A stretch of DNA of 64,000 nt. Origin: Microbotryum violaceum. Taxonomy: Eukaryota. This document shows, in pieces, positions 36,349 through 48,660 of the stretch. The stretch lies in NCBI GenBank assembly GCA_001244265.2, contig CDLV01000013.1:1-64000 (forward strand), written 5' to 3'. The number at the start of each line of letters is the position of its first letter. The first letter of the stretch is position 1. The position numbers and the translations under genes are program-made. The notes beneath the pieces were generated by a model that was not told the DNA's origin, did not search any database, and was given only the letters and a program-made list of their open reading frames with translations.

Positions 36349-38596
36349 ATGCCACAATTGCGAATTGTCGTCCCGTCGGGGCTCAACGAGGTGCTCGCGT
36401 ACAAGTTCCTGGCAAACGCCTACCGCTTCGTGCCACACGAACCGCACGAACGCCTCTCCTCCGAGTCGCGCCTGACGACTCCAAAGCCTAGTTCGACTAG
36501 CCTATCGCGCTTGACCACGTTTCGAAGATCGCCGGGCGAGGAGCTGCCTCGTTACCCCCCTCACTTCTGCATCGCACGATCATTCTCTCGTCGATCGGGT
36601 TGGCCAGGGCCTAAAGCGAGGACTCCAGAGTTCCAGGACAGGCCTAGACACGCCTCTTCCGTCTTTCGTCAACTCTTGGTTCGACGACTTTCTGCATTGG
36701 CGGCCTCTTACCCTGTACGAAACGGACAACGAATTCGCAAAGAGTCATCTAGGGGATCTCATAAGGGGCGTCATCCGAGAAACTGTCTCTCGACTAGCGG
36801 ATCGCCCGGTCACAATCTCGCAGATTTTTTCAATTCACAAATACCTCGGTCAAGACGGACTGCCCACCCTAAAAGCCTGGGTGCGCGGGGACAGTTTTGA
36901 TAACAAGATTGCTTTCGAGGTCAACTCGGTCAGCAAACTCGAAAGCCTCGACAAGGTTTTAGTTAGAGAGCAGAAGCCGAAGCTGTGGCTCGGTTTTGGG
37001 TCAGGGTGTCCGATTGACTTGCGCATCTTCGACAGCAATGGTCGCTCGATGACGCTCTCGGAGAGCGAGGGCATGAGGCTAGCCAAGGTGAGGCTACTAC
37101 GATCTATGGAACATCGGGCGGGATGGAAACATATGACTCTTATGAAAGCTGGTGTTGACGGTTCTCTCAGATGTCTCTCCAAATGTATCAAAGCAAGGCT
37201 CGATTCGGCGTCTTTTACGCCCCTCCGTACTTCGTCCTTTGCGAACTCGGTGAGTATGCTTTCCTACTATTGGACTGGTGGCGTATCCATATCTTGGGGT
37301 GACATATTGCTAATTGCGGATGTTTGCGCACGCAAAACTCATTGCTAGTCATTGAGAATGGTCGCACTCACTTGTTGACCAGTGAAGTATGCTCTTCAGC
37401 CCTCTTGCCTGATGAAGACCTACCCACCGGCGCGGCGCCAAGATCCGAAAGCCTCTTCTCCACTCTCGTCTCGCTGTTTTTGAGTGCGCATGCGGATTAC
37501 CCGATCGAGGGTCCACCCGAGGAGATCAGAAGCGCTCTCAGGCGAACGACAGAGAAGCTAGAAAGCACCCCGTCTGCACCTGTGCAATTTCCCCCGATCA
37601 GACCGGCTCTCGATGACGTTGCAGGCCCGTTCCTCGTCGATCAAAATGCCCCGGTGTCGCTGCGTCACGTCCCGGGTACTGCAGTAAGCCTTCTTGCTCT
37701 CTCTCTCTTGATTTAGCTTATTATTTTGAGCATCAGCTTACTGCCTCTCTCACACCTTGGCAACGAGCAGATCATCTGTGGCTCGGAAGCGAGCAAGGAC
37801 ACGGGTATGTTTGCTACTAGGGTCGAGCTTGAGTGCGATGGCGATGTGAGTCGTGCCTGCCCTTTCGGTCATGCGTTACAACGACGGTACTTCACTGATC
37901 AGTCCTCTTTCCACTTACTGCAGTTCTTCTCCGCCGACTTTGATGAGAACAAAGCAGCAGAGAGCTTGCCCTGGGTCAGGACACCTGTCGGGGATCGCGC
38001 TCGTCTGGATCGACTAGATCTCGTCACTGAGCTTGGCAGGGGTCGAACTGCCACGGGATGGACGGCTCGATGGTCTCGCCGCTCAACGGCCGAAGTTCCG
38101 GACGCATCGGCCTCGAATGATGCTCCCGCTCGACTTCAGGGTGGTCTCGTCGCCAAGGTCGTCTCGGCAGAATATGCGCCCTCGATCGCGCGAGAGTACT
38201 TCATCTATACGCAAGCTGTTCCATCGCTCTCGACCGCTGCGCAAGCCTACTTCCCCAAGTTCCACGGCCTCTACCGCAGCGGTTCAGATGGCCGCGCCTA
38301 CGTCCTGTTGTTGGAAGACGTGGGGAGGACGGTCACCCGGGAGCAGTGGGAGGCGGGCACCGAATTGAGGCGTAAGACTGAGTGAGTGAATTCCGAGGCG
38401 CAGTTCGTCTGGTTCGTCAACACTGCGCAGTGGCTGACTGAACGCGGTTCTGCGTGTTCCTCATTTTCCCAGTGAGGCGTTCAAAGCCCTTGAAGATGAA
38501 GGCGTCTACCACGATGATCAGAGGTATCCAAATGTAACTATCCGTCCAGACGGTCGCATTTGCCTCATCGACTGGGGGCTGGCGAGCTTTTATTAG
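36349..38596 (+). pseudogene. Kinase-like-domain protein with long N-terminal region (possible nuclease-fold remnant); frameshift near 36515-36560
   Basis: ELGRGRTA (Gly loop), LVAKVV, AREYFIY, FPKFHGLY, LLLEDVG; after intron ~38382-38472: GVYHDDQRYPNV..CLIDWG*. Confidence 0.7.
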
Positions 38597-39480
38597 CGAT
38601 CGTGACTCTGAACACCACTCAATGAACCCGCCTACCCTTCAATCGGAGTCGACCTTGTGAGCGAGCTTGAAACGATCCGGGGTGCCACGGTTGCGGTAAC
38701 GGGATTCCGTCGGAATGGTCATTTCAAATTGTCAAGGCCAACAGCAGTGATAGCGGCAGCAGGTTCCGGACCTCGACGACGAGTCCGTGGCAGCGGCGGC
38801 AGACCTCGGCTTAGGCGCCTCAACGACAAGTCACCTCGGGCGATCGAACAGGTCAACGACAGCAGCTTCGGCAGATATCTCACCGATAAAGCCTTTCGAG
38901 TAAGTTCAGTACTTTGATATCTCGAGGATTACCTATCAACGATAATGCACGCGGCAGAAATGCACACGGAGGACCGGGTCCGGCGGGAGAAAGGCGGTCT
39001 TCATCTTCATGGTGAGCGCCCTTCTCGGCAATCATCTCGAACGCGCCACTTGAAGACATAGTGCCGCAGGTGTGGCTTGGCTAGGCTGGAGGTGGCCAGG
39101 TGGCCCGAGCGCTCACAACAAACGAGATGCAGAAGAACGTCTATATTAAGGATGGTCGCATTCAAAGTGAGTTGTCGCTGAATTTAGGAACGAAGGCAGC
39201 TGGGATTAATGTTTTGTTAGTCCTGTGCTCTTAGGAAATGCTTCCTGAAAGAAACAAGCAGTACGGAGCGCTAGCACAACGCTATCCTCATTTTGGCTCA
39301 CTTGACAGAGCTGTAACCCCTGCCGCACCCTGGGAGATCGGGTCTCTGATCTGCTTTGGCCTCAAGCTTGGCAGCTGGCGATCAAACTGCTTATGCAGAA
39401 GAAGCGCTGTCCATCGGAATTACAATGGTACGTTGTTTCGAGTGGCAGTTGAGCTGTGACGTTCTCATTTTACACAGGTC

Positions 39481-39924
39481 TTGTCTGCTACAGTGCGATA
39501 CATCTACAGCAAAATGACAACAGCGCGCTCGCGTCGTTGGTTCTACTTTCAAAATGTCGTCGCACAGGAGCTTCGCCTCATCAAGAAAGCATGCTTTTCC
39601 ACTCACCTCATTGATGGCACTATGCCGTTCCGCATGATATGTGGTCGACAGGTCATCGACTCATTGGGCGTGCCAAAGACTACATATAGCTTAACCACGG
39701 ACCTTACCTCATGTTACTCCGACGTGCGAATAATCAGCACGAGCGCACAAGCCGAGGAACAATATGCCGCCCTTCGGAGCGTGCCCGGCCTGCGAGATGC
39801 CGCCGGCGGAACCTCTACAAGCCGCACAAATGCCACCGCGGAAACAAGGAGCTCAACTTCAGCAAAAAGGAAGTCTGACCACGAAGCAGCGAGCCAGCCA
39901 GCAAAGCAAGGAAGGCTTGTTTGA
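39481..39924 (+). CDS. Hypothetical protein, last exon (upstream exons uncertain)
   Basis: 147-codon open frame after a cag acceptor at ~39477; basic tail KRKS..AKQGRLV. No family recognised. Confidence 0.35.
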   Translation: MSATVRYIYSKMTTARSRRWFYFQNVVAQELRLIKKACFSTHLIDGTMPFRMICGRQVIDSLGVPKTTYSLTTDLTSCYSDVRIISTSAQAEEQYAALRSVPGLRDAAGGTSTSRTNATAETRSSTSAKRKSDHEAASQPAKQGRLV

Positions 39925-40257
39925 AGCGTGGAGCCACGCGCAACACCAGCCGAAGCGACGCGCGCCGCAAGCCACTTTCGATAGGCCGCGGCGCGCCCGC
40001 AAACGCTCGGAACGCGTTTTCAAGGCCTTTTGAGATTTGGGGAGCATGTAGAACACATTTTGATAATATTCCCGAGGCGCATGTAAAATTTTGACATGCG
40101 TCCACGGGGGAGAGAGAGGTCCGTGCGCGCGAGCCTGAATTGGCGCGTCAAATCCTTGTAGCCAAAGCCGAAAAGACCATCAATTTGAATTCCAGCTAGT
40201 CTACGAAGAGACGACCCTTATCGGGCATTCTCATTCTCATTCTCCCCAAGCGCAAGC

Positions 40258-41873
40258 ATGTCCGTGGCCGGCGCCCCACCGCCGGAACTGAAGCCGATCG
40301 CGCCCTACCTTGCTCGGGCCAAGGAACTGCAAGCCGTCGAACCGGTGATCTCGTACTGGTGTAAGTACTGCATCTACCGTGCTACTCTCACACTCGCGCG
40401 CTCGTTCTGTGTTGGATGAGGTGCCGCTCGCGCGTGTGTGTGGGGCGGGGCGCAAAGCGGATGAACTCGACCCTGATCTTCGGAGGCTGATGCTGCCTAG
40501 GCGGTGTGTTTGGCCAGGTACGTACTATGCTCTACAACAAGCGCTCGGACTTGGGGTGAAAGAAAATGGGTCGAACGCGTTCCTGATGGAGATGATGGAT
40601 CGTCTTGAAGCGGCAAGTCACTCACTGTCTTCTCGCCGCCACCTCTTCCAACTCACACCACCTCCCTCGTCCATCTTTCAAACCCTCAGTCCAAGAGTGA
40701 ACTGGGCACCAACGAAGCTATTACAGACGACGCCGCTGCTTCCGCTTACGTCGAAAACTTTGCGGTCAAGTTGTTCGATCAAGCCGATGACGAGGATCGC
40801 AAGGGCAAGAGTACGAGGTGAGCCATGCGCGGATGGGGTATCCGTGAGACGCTCGTCATAACTGATGACGTTTTTCTTCAGGTTGACCGCCAAAAAGTTC
40901 CTCGCTGCGGCAAACTTTCACGAGGTTTTGGCCACTTTTGGCGAGCTCAGTTCTGAAGTGAGCACCGAGACCAAGCCGAATTCTCTACCACCACGTTTCT
41001 CCCAAAGCTGAATCGAATCACTCGACTACACACCAGAACCGAGAAAAGATCAAGTACGCGAAATGGAAGGCATCCGATATTGCGAAAGCCTTTCGCGAAG
41101 GTCGCAAGCCAACACCCGGACCTGCCGGTGGTCTCCCCCCTCTCGAAGACGATAGCCTGAGAGGCGAAGTGACGTCGGAGGAAGCAAAGGAATTGGCTCG
41201 GGAACTCGCAGCTTTGGGAACGACGGGTGAGCGACAGGATGCGATCGTTTCCGATCCGGATGCGGGACCGGCGCAGAGTACCCGATCGGCGACTGTTCCT
41301 TCGACCGCCGATGATCCGGATTCGTACCCTTTCCCACAACACCCAACGACCCCCCTTCCTCGCGCCCCCGCCATCATCGATGATATCGAACGACCAGTCA
41401 CTCTCCCACCGCCACCTCCTGCCGCCCCTACATCAACAACCTTCCTCGACACTCCGAGCGATCAAGTCTTTTCATCGATCGATCTCGGACCCACAACGCC
41501 TTCGATCCCCATAACACATCAAACTTCCGACCTTGCACCACCACCTTCCCTTCCTCCACCGCCTTCCATCCCTTCCTTTCAATCCGCCTCCCCCCTCACC
41601 CATTCAACAGGTTTCGCCAGCGCCGTCTTTCCCCCCGCGCCACCCGTAATCCCACAAAAACCAATCCGTGCACGACCACCCGTACCCGGCTCAATCCCCA
41701 CCCCAACAGCCGCGGAATCTACCAGTTCAGGAAATGTCACTGAACCTTTGGACCCCATGAAGATTGCCCAAATTCAAAAACATGCGAAATGGGCCATCTC
41801 GGCTTTAAATTATGAGGACGTTGAGACTGCCAGGAAGGAGTTGAAGATTGCTTTGGGTATGTTGGGGGTATGA
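40258..41873 (+). CDS. VTA1: Vps4 activator Vta1/LIP5 (ESCRT), multi-exon
   Basis: LKPIAPYLARAKEL..PVISYWC.YYA; AKKFLAA; EKIKYAKWKA; C-terminal QKHAKWAISALNYEDV. Confidence 0.95.
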
Positions 41874-42335
41874 TGTGGGAGGTAGACTGGGTAATATGAT
41901 TCAAGTGTTGGATTTTGAGATGGGACGTGGTTATACCGTGATCGAGCAAATTCGAGAGAAGATTTTTTTCCGGGGGGAAGGGCCTTTGCTTTGCATCAAT
42001 TTGACGTACGATCAAGGGATGTCTTTAAACATCAACATGAAGAGATGAAAAAGTATGTGGAGGAGCGCATGGTCGGTCCCCTGCCATTACGGAGTGATTG
42101 ACCACGATAAGCATAGATAAGCATTCAGTCCTGGTGCTCGACCCTCGCTCGACGCGGCTTGTCCTGCGACGCTCCACTTTGCGCACCCGCGTTCTCGTAG
42201 GAGCGATCATTCGCCTTTGAACGGATTTGAGCCGTATTCCCAACCCTGCCTTGCCAACCCAACACCCAACACCTCCAAAACACACCTCATTACCTCCACT
42301 CGACTCGCACCCCCCGCTCCCCCTATTTGCTCAAG

Positions 42336-45300
42336 ATGGCCCCTGCGCTCTCATCGACAGCGGTCTCTCCTTCTAATACGACGGTCTCGGCCCAGTCCGA
42401 CTACTACCCCGAGGACGTGGTCTCGTATCCGTCGAAAGACGGGAGGACGGTCTATGGCCTCGTCACGGTCAGTTGGTCGGAGTGTTTGAGGGGGTCGGGA
42501 GAGGCGTTGGCTTGGCTTGGCCGGACTGGATGGATCGGATGGGGTGCACAGCGGAGGGAGCTGCTATCAGAGAGCACACTGTGCTGACTAGACATGCCCT
42601 TTTTCATTACAGAGATGTTGGGTCGACGAATTGAACCCCGAAGCCGAGGCCGAAGCCGAAAGGCTGAATATACCTCACCTCACTGTGAGGTCTACCTACC
42701 ACCACCAACCGAGCGTTCTCGAGCTCTAATTCTAACCCCTTAAAACGTCTGCTTCGACATTCCACAGTTGCGCCGAGGTGAACTTGAAGTGCTCCACCCC
42801 GCAGGCAACTCTTGCGTCGTATCCGAAGAGATTGTTTCGCTCGTCGATCGAGGATTCCTCCCCTCCGACTTGGTCCGGAAGAGAGGTGGTCAAGGACAAG
42901 CAGGTACGATCGTCGACCTCGATATTTCGGTTCAACTTGAACGCGTCATCGATCCCACCCCTTCTTCGACAACATCCAACTCTGATCAATCGGACGTACC
43001 CGACCACGAGATCCCTCCGGAATGGTACAACGTACATGATCTCGGTCCCGCTACGGGCATGTCGAGAGGGGATCATGTCGTCTATCAGAATTGGGTCGGT
43101 ATGATCGAGGAGGTGTTTGAATTGGCTATTATCGAGACAGAGCAGGGGACTTTGCAGAAAGCGTGTGATGTTGGAGCTTATCTGACCGTCGGGCCAGTAC
43201 CCCAAGTGAGATCGAATCTCGATCACAAGAGCAAGAGGAGGCTTCTTCCCCCAGCTGACTGACTCACTCGAACGATGATGCTCCCTCTTCAGGCCCGCCT
43301 CCCCTTTGAAGACATGTTTAACGCTCTCTTTCCCATACAAGCGAAACGGATACGCGACGTCAAGCAACTCGCCGTAGCCGTCAACTGGCTTTGCACGAAC
43401 CAACGAAGACCCTGTCTCCCAACCGAAAGCGACGCCCTCAGACCGAAACGGTATTGGTCCGGCACGCACCTTTCCGATTTACTCCTCGTTCGAGCGGGAG
43501 CTCAACATCTTCATTCTATAGGTGACAAGGTCGTATTCAAAGATCCGAGTCGGGAACCCCCTCTACCTACCAATACACCAACCCTTTCCCCGCCCTTATC
43601 CGGTGATCGAGTCTTTGTGATCGCCAATTCTCGCACGAATTGTACCGTTCTCTGGCAGGATGGTACACGAACGACGGACGCAGCGCACACTTTCGAACAT
43701 TGTACGAACCTCGACGAAGACGTCGATACTTTTCCAGGTGACGTTGGCGTCTTTAACGGCGTTTCACCCCCTCGCGTAGCCGTCGTTCAAGCGATGGATA
43801 GTAAGAAGCGTACGATTCGCGCGAGGTACCCCGATCATCCTGAAGAAGGGGAAGATGTGATCAGTGGACTCGAATTCGATCAAATTGGTGCTCCTCCAGA
43901 AATTTACCATGCCAAACGTCAAGAAGTGGTATTGATCGCTCAAGAAGGTTGGAAACACGCTTACGAGCCACCTACGATTCCACGACTAGGAGATTCTGAA
44001 GTAGTAAGGGGTACGTTCCCCGATCCTGAAGAAGTACGTTACGAACTTTCAAAAATAGGAATGAAAATCGCCAATTCTTTACCGGAGGATTTCACCTCCT
44101 CTTCGTACGTCGATTATCCGTCACCCAAAAGTAAACCGGAGGAGTTGGTGGGTGTGGATTGGTATGGGTTCGTTTCGGACTTGTTGTTGGATGGTCGATT
44201 GGTGATTGAATTACCTTCCAAGGTTAAATTAACTTTGCCGATCAATCAATTGTATCATCTTGATGATGGATTGGGACCGGATGGGGAGATGGGACCAGCT
44301 GGTGAGGAAGGGGAGGGGGACGGTATGGATGAGGATGAGAGTGATGCGAGTTGGGTCACGGATGAGGAAGGTGTGAAAGGGGTGAATATGCCGGGGGGTA
44401 TGGTGTGGGAGGATGATGAGGGGGCGGAAGCGGAGGAGGAGGAGGAGGATATGGAAGGTTGGGCGGATAGGGATGCGGATGCCGTTGATGCGGAAGTGGA
44501 GGTGGAAGGCGTGGCCGTGACGGATATCGTCGTCGATAAAGAGGACAAGCCGGCTAAAGTAGACAAGGAACTCAGGACAACGACGGAAAAGACCCCTCAA
44601 GTCTCGATGCCCTCGAGCGTGGTCGACGATGAAAGGTGGTCACGTTTCCTCATCCTCGAACAAGCTCCTTCGGACCACCACTATCTCAACCAAACCCCTC
44701 TTCAACCGTCGAAACAATACATGTCGCGCGTACAAAAGGAACAAAAAGTGCTCGCTTCTTCCCTACCACCCAACATCCTCGTCCGGGCCTACGAAGACCG
44801 TGCGGACTTGTTGCGATGTCTCATCATCGGACCTCTCGGTACACCGTTCCAAAACGCCCCATTCTTATTCGACGTCTACCTACCCCCAACCAAATTCCCT
44901 ACCGAACCACCTCACGTCTTTTTCCACGCCTGGGTACAAGGAACGCGCGTATCACCTAATCTATACTCGGAAGGCAAAGTCTGTCTTTCCCTTTTGAATA
45001 CCTGGACTGGAACGGCTATCGAATCATGGAACGCTTCCCGATCTTCGATCCTACAAGTATTCATCTCTATTCAATCCCTCATCATGGTCGAAAATCCTTA
45101 TTACACCGAACCAGGTTTCGAAAAACAACTTTCGACCGTCGAAGGTCAAGCGGCGAGTGATCTTTATAACGAACGAACGTTCGTCCTTTCCCGCGCGTTC
45201 GTCAAGAGGGCGGTCGAGTACGCTCCGATGAATTTTGAAAAGGAGGTGAGGGCTTATTATGTTGATGGGTTGGAGGAAGGCGTTCCGGGGGCATTGGGGT

Positions 45301-45470
45301 TGATCGTAAGACAGAGTAGGGCTTTGTTGGAGGAGAGTGCCAAGTTTGAAGAGGAACAAGGGAGTAGGGACAGTAGTGTGGTCGAGGGTTTGAAGGTTTT
45401 AACTGAAGGGGCCGGATTGTCGTTGAAGAGGACGTTGATGGGCTTGGACAAGTTGGTGGAGCAGGTATAG
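42336..45470 (+). CDS. Large E2/E3 hybrid ubiquitin-conjugating enzyme (UBE2O/UBC23-like)
   Basis: C-terminal UBC domain: IIGPLGTPF..FLFD..FPTEPP..PNLYSEGKVCLSLLNTW; PSDHHY motif; long SH3-like/acidic N-terminal region. Confidence 0.9.
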
Positions 45471-45520
45471 ATGGGCAGGTTCACTCTTGGCGATCGAGAC
45501 GAATGCATTGCACTTTCCCC

Positions 45521-46437
45521 CTACTTGTCCAAGGCGATGGCTTGCCCCAAACTCGACACCTGCAATTCTTGCACTGTGCCTTTGCCCAATGCTTTTCGCT
45601 CGTTGTACCTCTTTGTCTTGTGGGCTCTCGATTGTTTCCCAATCCCAAACTCCTTGTCCGAAAGCTTCAACTCGTCGATACCCTGGGCCAAAGTCTCGAC
45701 GGTCGGGACCCAAGTCGACTTTGAGCTCTCTTCCGCTCCTACATCATTCTCCCCTTTGGCCGTCTTCTCCTCTTCGATCTTTGGCCAAGGGATCTTGACC
45801 CACCCGGTATGTGTTTGACCCTGGGCACCCTCGATCTCTGTTCCGACCAAATCGGGTACCAAACCATATCGATGCCAATGAAACCTACCCTTCACCCTAT
45901 CCCAAGTAACTTTACTCCTCCTCAACCTAGTCGCCGTATAAGTTTTACCAGCGTCGGTAACTTGTAAGCGTAGATTAGAAACGTGATAAGCTCGGGGTTG
46001 GTAATAAGTCGCCTGGGCGTCTCCACCTGAATAAGAAGCGTTTAAAGCCTCGCCTGGGTATTGAGCTTGTTGACGTTTCTTGATCTGCGTAATACACAAA
46101 ATTAATCATTAATCATCAGATGAGTTTTTCAATAAGAGAGAAGATGCAGTTCAAAACGGACCGCAAAGTCATTCTCCCTCAACCAAACTCGATTCGCCTC
46201 CCTCTCAACCCTCTGCACCGTACCCTGCACACCCTTGATCGATTTGTCCCCCTTGACCAAAACGACCTTATCCATAGGTGCGATATTCCAATAAGGGATT
46301 CGATCTTTGACTTGTACGAAGTGAGGTCTGGGTCCGAAATGGGAAGGAATGGGAGCTCCGAATTGACCGCCTTTGCGAGAGGATGGACGGAGGTGGGTGA
46401 GTGTACGTTGGAACGTGCGTGAGAGATCTTTGGACAT
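45521..46437 (-). CDS. Mitochondrial ribosomal protein uL24m (KOW domain; yeast MRPL40-like), 2 exons
   Basis: KDRIPYWNIAPMDKVVLVKG..GTVQRVEREANRV; YHVSNLRL; WHRY; IPWP. Confidence 0.8.
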
Positions 46438-46504
46438 TGTTGGGGAGTGTGTGTGGGTGTTGGGTTGAGGAGGGTGGGAGGGAGGAACACGAGCAGGAGC
46501 GATC

Positions 46505-46868
46505 TCAAATTGCGACCACGAGCGAGGAAAAGTCACGTCTTATTATGGATCAGTCGCGGGGGAGTAATGGTCAATTGAGGCTAATCTTTCAAATTGCGAC
46601 GACGAGCGAGGAAAAGTCACCGGGCAGCCCGCGTCTTATTACGGATTAGTTGCCGGTTAGTAATGGTCAATTGAGGCTAATCTTTCAAATTGCGACGACG
46701 AGCGAGGAAAAGTCACCTTTTTTTTTTTATTTAATAGATTTCATTAACAGCATATCTATATTAATGCCTAAAAATCCTCGGAAAAGACGGAGGGAATGCA
46801 GTTAAGCCGGTCAGCCCGCGTCTTATTACGGATTAGTTGCCGGTTAGTAATGGTCAATTGAGGCTAAT
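46505..46868. repeat. Three tandem ~84-96-bp units in a divergent promoter; third unit interrupted by an 89-bp poly(T)-ended insertion
   Basis: tcaaattgcgacnacgagcgaggaaaagtcac starts at 46505, 46589 and 46685; insertion at 46718-46806. Confidence 0.9.
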
Positions 46869-46946
46869 TAATTCCCCCACTCTGCTTGGCGCGCCCCCGC
46901 CTCTTCTCTTAACCCCCCCTCATCCCACGATCCACCTCAACCCAGC

Positions 46947-48342
46947 ATGCCCTACCAACTCTGCATCCTCGGCTGCGGCACGATGGGCGTCGCCATCCTT
47001 TCCGGCGTGCTCGACAACCTCTCGTTCCCGAACAGCGCGCACGATCAGAATCCGAATGCCAACAATGCCGGCGAGACTGGACCTTCTACCCCAATGGGGA
47101 GTCTGATCCTCGATCCGAGTAATCCGGATTCGTTGCCTGATCGGTAGGTGCACCCTTTTCAGGCGGTGGGAGTCATGTACTGACGCTGATTGCCCGTCCG
47201 CGAGGCAGCTTCATCGCGACGGTCAATCGCTCCGAATCCGCCAAGAAACTTCGCCGCACCTTTCGCGACCACGGTCCGCTCGGTTCGACCGTCCAAGTCG
47301 TTCAATCCGACCACAATACCACCAGTGTCGCTTCCTCCTCCGTCATCCTCCTCTGCTGCAAACCTCAAATGGCTTCTTCGCTCCTCCAAGCGACCGGAAT
47401 GTACGAGGCTTTGCAAGGCAAATTGTTGATTTCCATTCTCGCCGGTACGACCATAAGTCAATATAGGGAATGGGTGCCCAAGAGTTGTACGGTAGTGAGG
47501 GCGATGCCGAATACGCCTTCCAAAGTGAGCCCTTTTGCCCCCGTGGCTCAACCTTACTCTCCTGATCGAATCGAAAAAAGCTGACCCCATCTCCCCCGAG
47601 TACGCGCGCGCGGCCAGATCCGAGAAGGCATGACCGTCCTCTCATCTTTATCCCCATCCGATCCTGAAACACCCAAAAACAGGGACATCCTTCTGGCTTT
47701 GTTCACCCCATTAGGAAGGTGTCGTTTCATGGATGAAAAGGTAGATTTCATATCCCTCCCACGCCGCTATCTTTCTCTCCAACTAACTCACTCCCTCTCC
47801 TCCCTCGGAAATCAGCACTTTGACGCCGTGACGGCAGTCTGTGGATCCGGACCCGCGTTCGTATGTCTCGTCCTCGAAGCGATCGCCGATGGTGGAGTGA
47901 TGATGGGTTTACCAAGGAGCGAAGCGTTGGAATTAGCTGCTCAAAGTACGTCCGAAAAGTGACCCCAACGCCCTCGCTTCGCTTTTGAACTGATTCCCGT
48001 TCTGTTCGGTTCTTTTGCACGTATCGTAGCTATGCAAGGTGCAGCACGTATGGTACTCCAAACGGGGATGCATCCCGCCGCGCTCAAAGATTCCGTCACT
48101 AGTACGTATACGCATCCTCCCCTCCTTCCCCTTTTTTTTACAAAAAAAAGCCCCTCTTGACCCCCAAACCCCCCCTCACACCCACCCATGTTGGTTTCTT
48201 CCACTTCTCAGCTCCAGGTGGATGTACGATCGCCGGCCTTCTCGCTCTAGAAGATGGACGCGTTAGGTCCACGGTAGCGAGGTGTATTCAAGCGACTGCA
48301 TTACACGCCGCGGGATTAGGGCAGAGTGCGGTCAACAAGTAG
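46947..48342 (+). CDS. PRO3: Pyrroline-5-carboxylate reductase, multi-exon
   Basis: ILGCGTMGVAIL, LLCCKPQ, ISILAG, VRAMPNTP, TAVCGSGPAF, ADGGVMMGLPR, HPAALKDSVT|PGGCTIAGL. Confidence 0.96.
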
Positions 48343-48608
48343 TATACCCGTCGTCCGCGTATGACTCTTTCGCAACGCTTTTCTTTTGAAGAACAAAAAA
48401 AAAAAAAAAAAAAAAAAAAGTTTTGGAGTCTCTCTCTTTTACGAAAACTCAAAACGCCTCGTCGTTTGTAGTTAGAGGGCGCCCCCTGGAATTCTTCAGA
48501 GTTTCCTCAGTTTTTTCGAGGGTTCTCGACGATGGCCGACGCGACGCGACGCCCCCAATTTAGGCGGCAGCCCAGCGCACATGCACATTAAAGTAATCCG
48601 GCGGGGTG

Positions 48609-48660
<52 letters not shown>

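Noticed and set aside
14614..40200. Whole island as one giant element (Starship or Helitron)
   Set aside because: No tyrosine recombinase or Rep-helicase ORF, no bounding TIR or TSD; the CTAG at ~40196 lacks a convincing hairpin.
48395..48658. Long A and T homopolymers (also ~51296-51338) as retro-insertions
   Set aside because: No TSD or recognisable body; consistent with intergenic homopolymer expansion.
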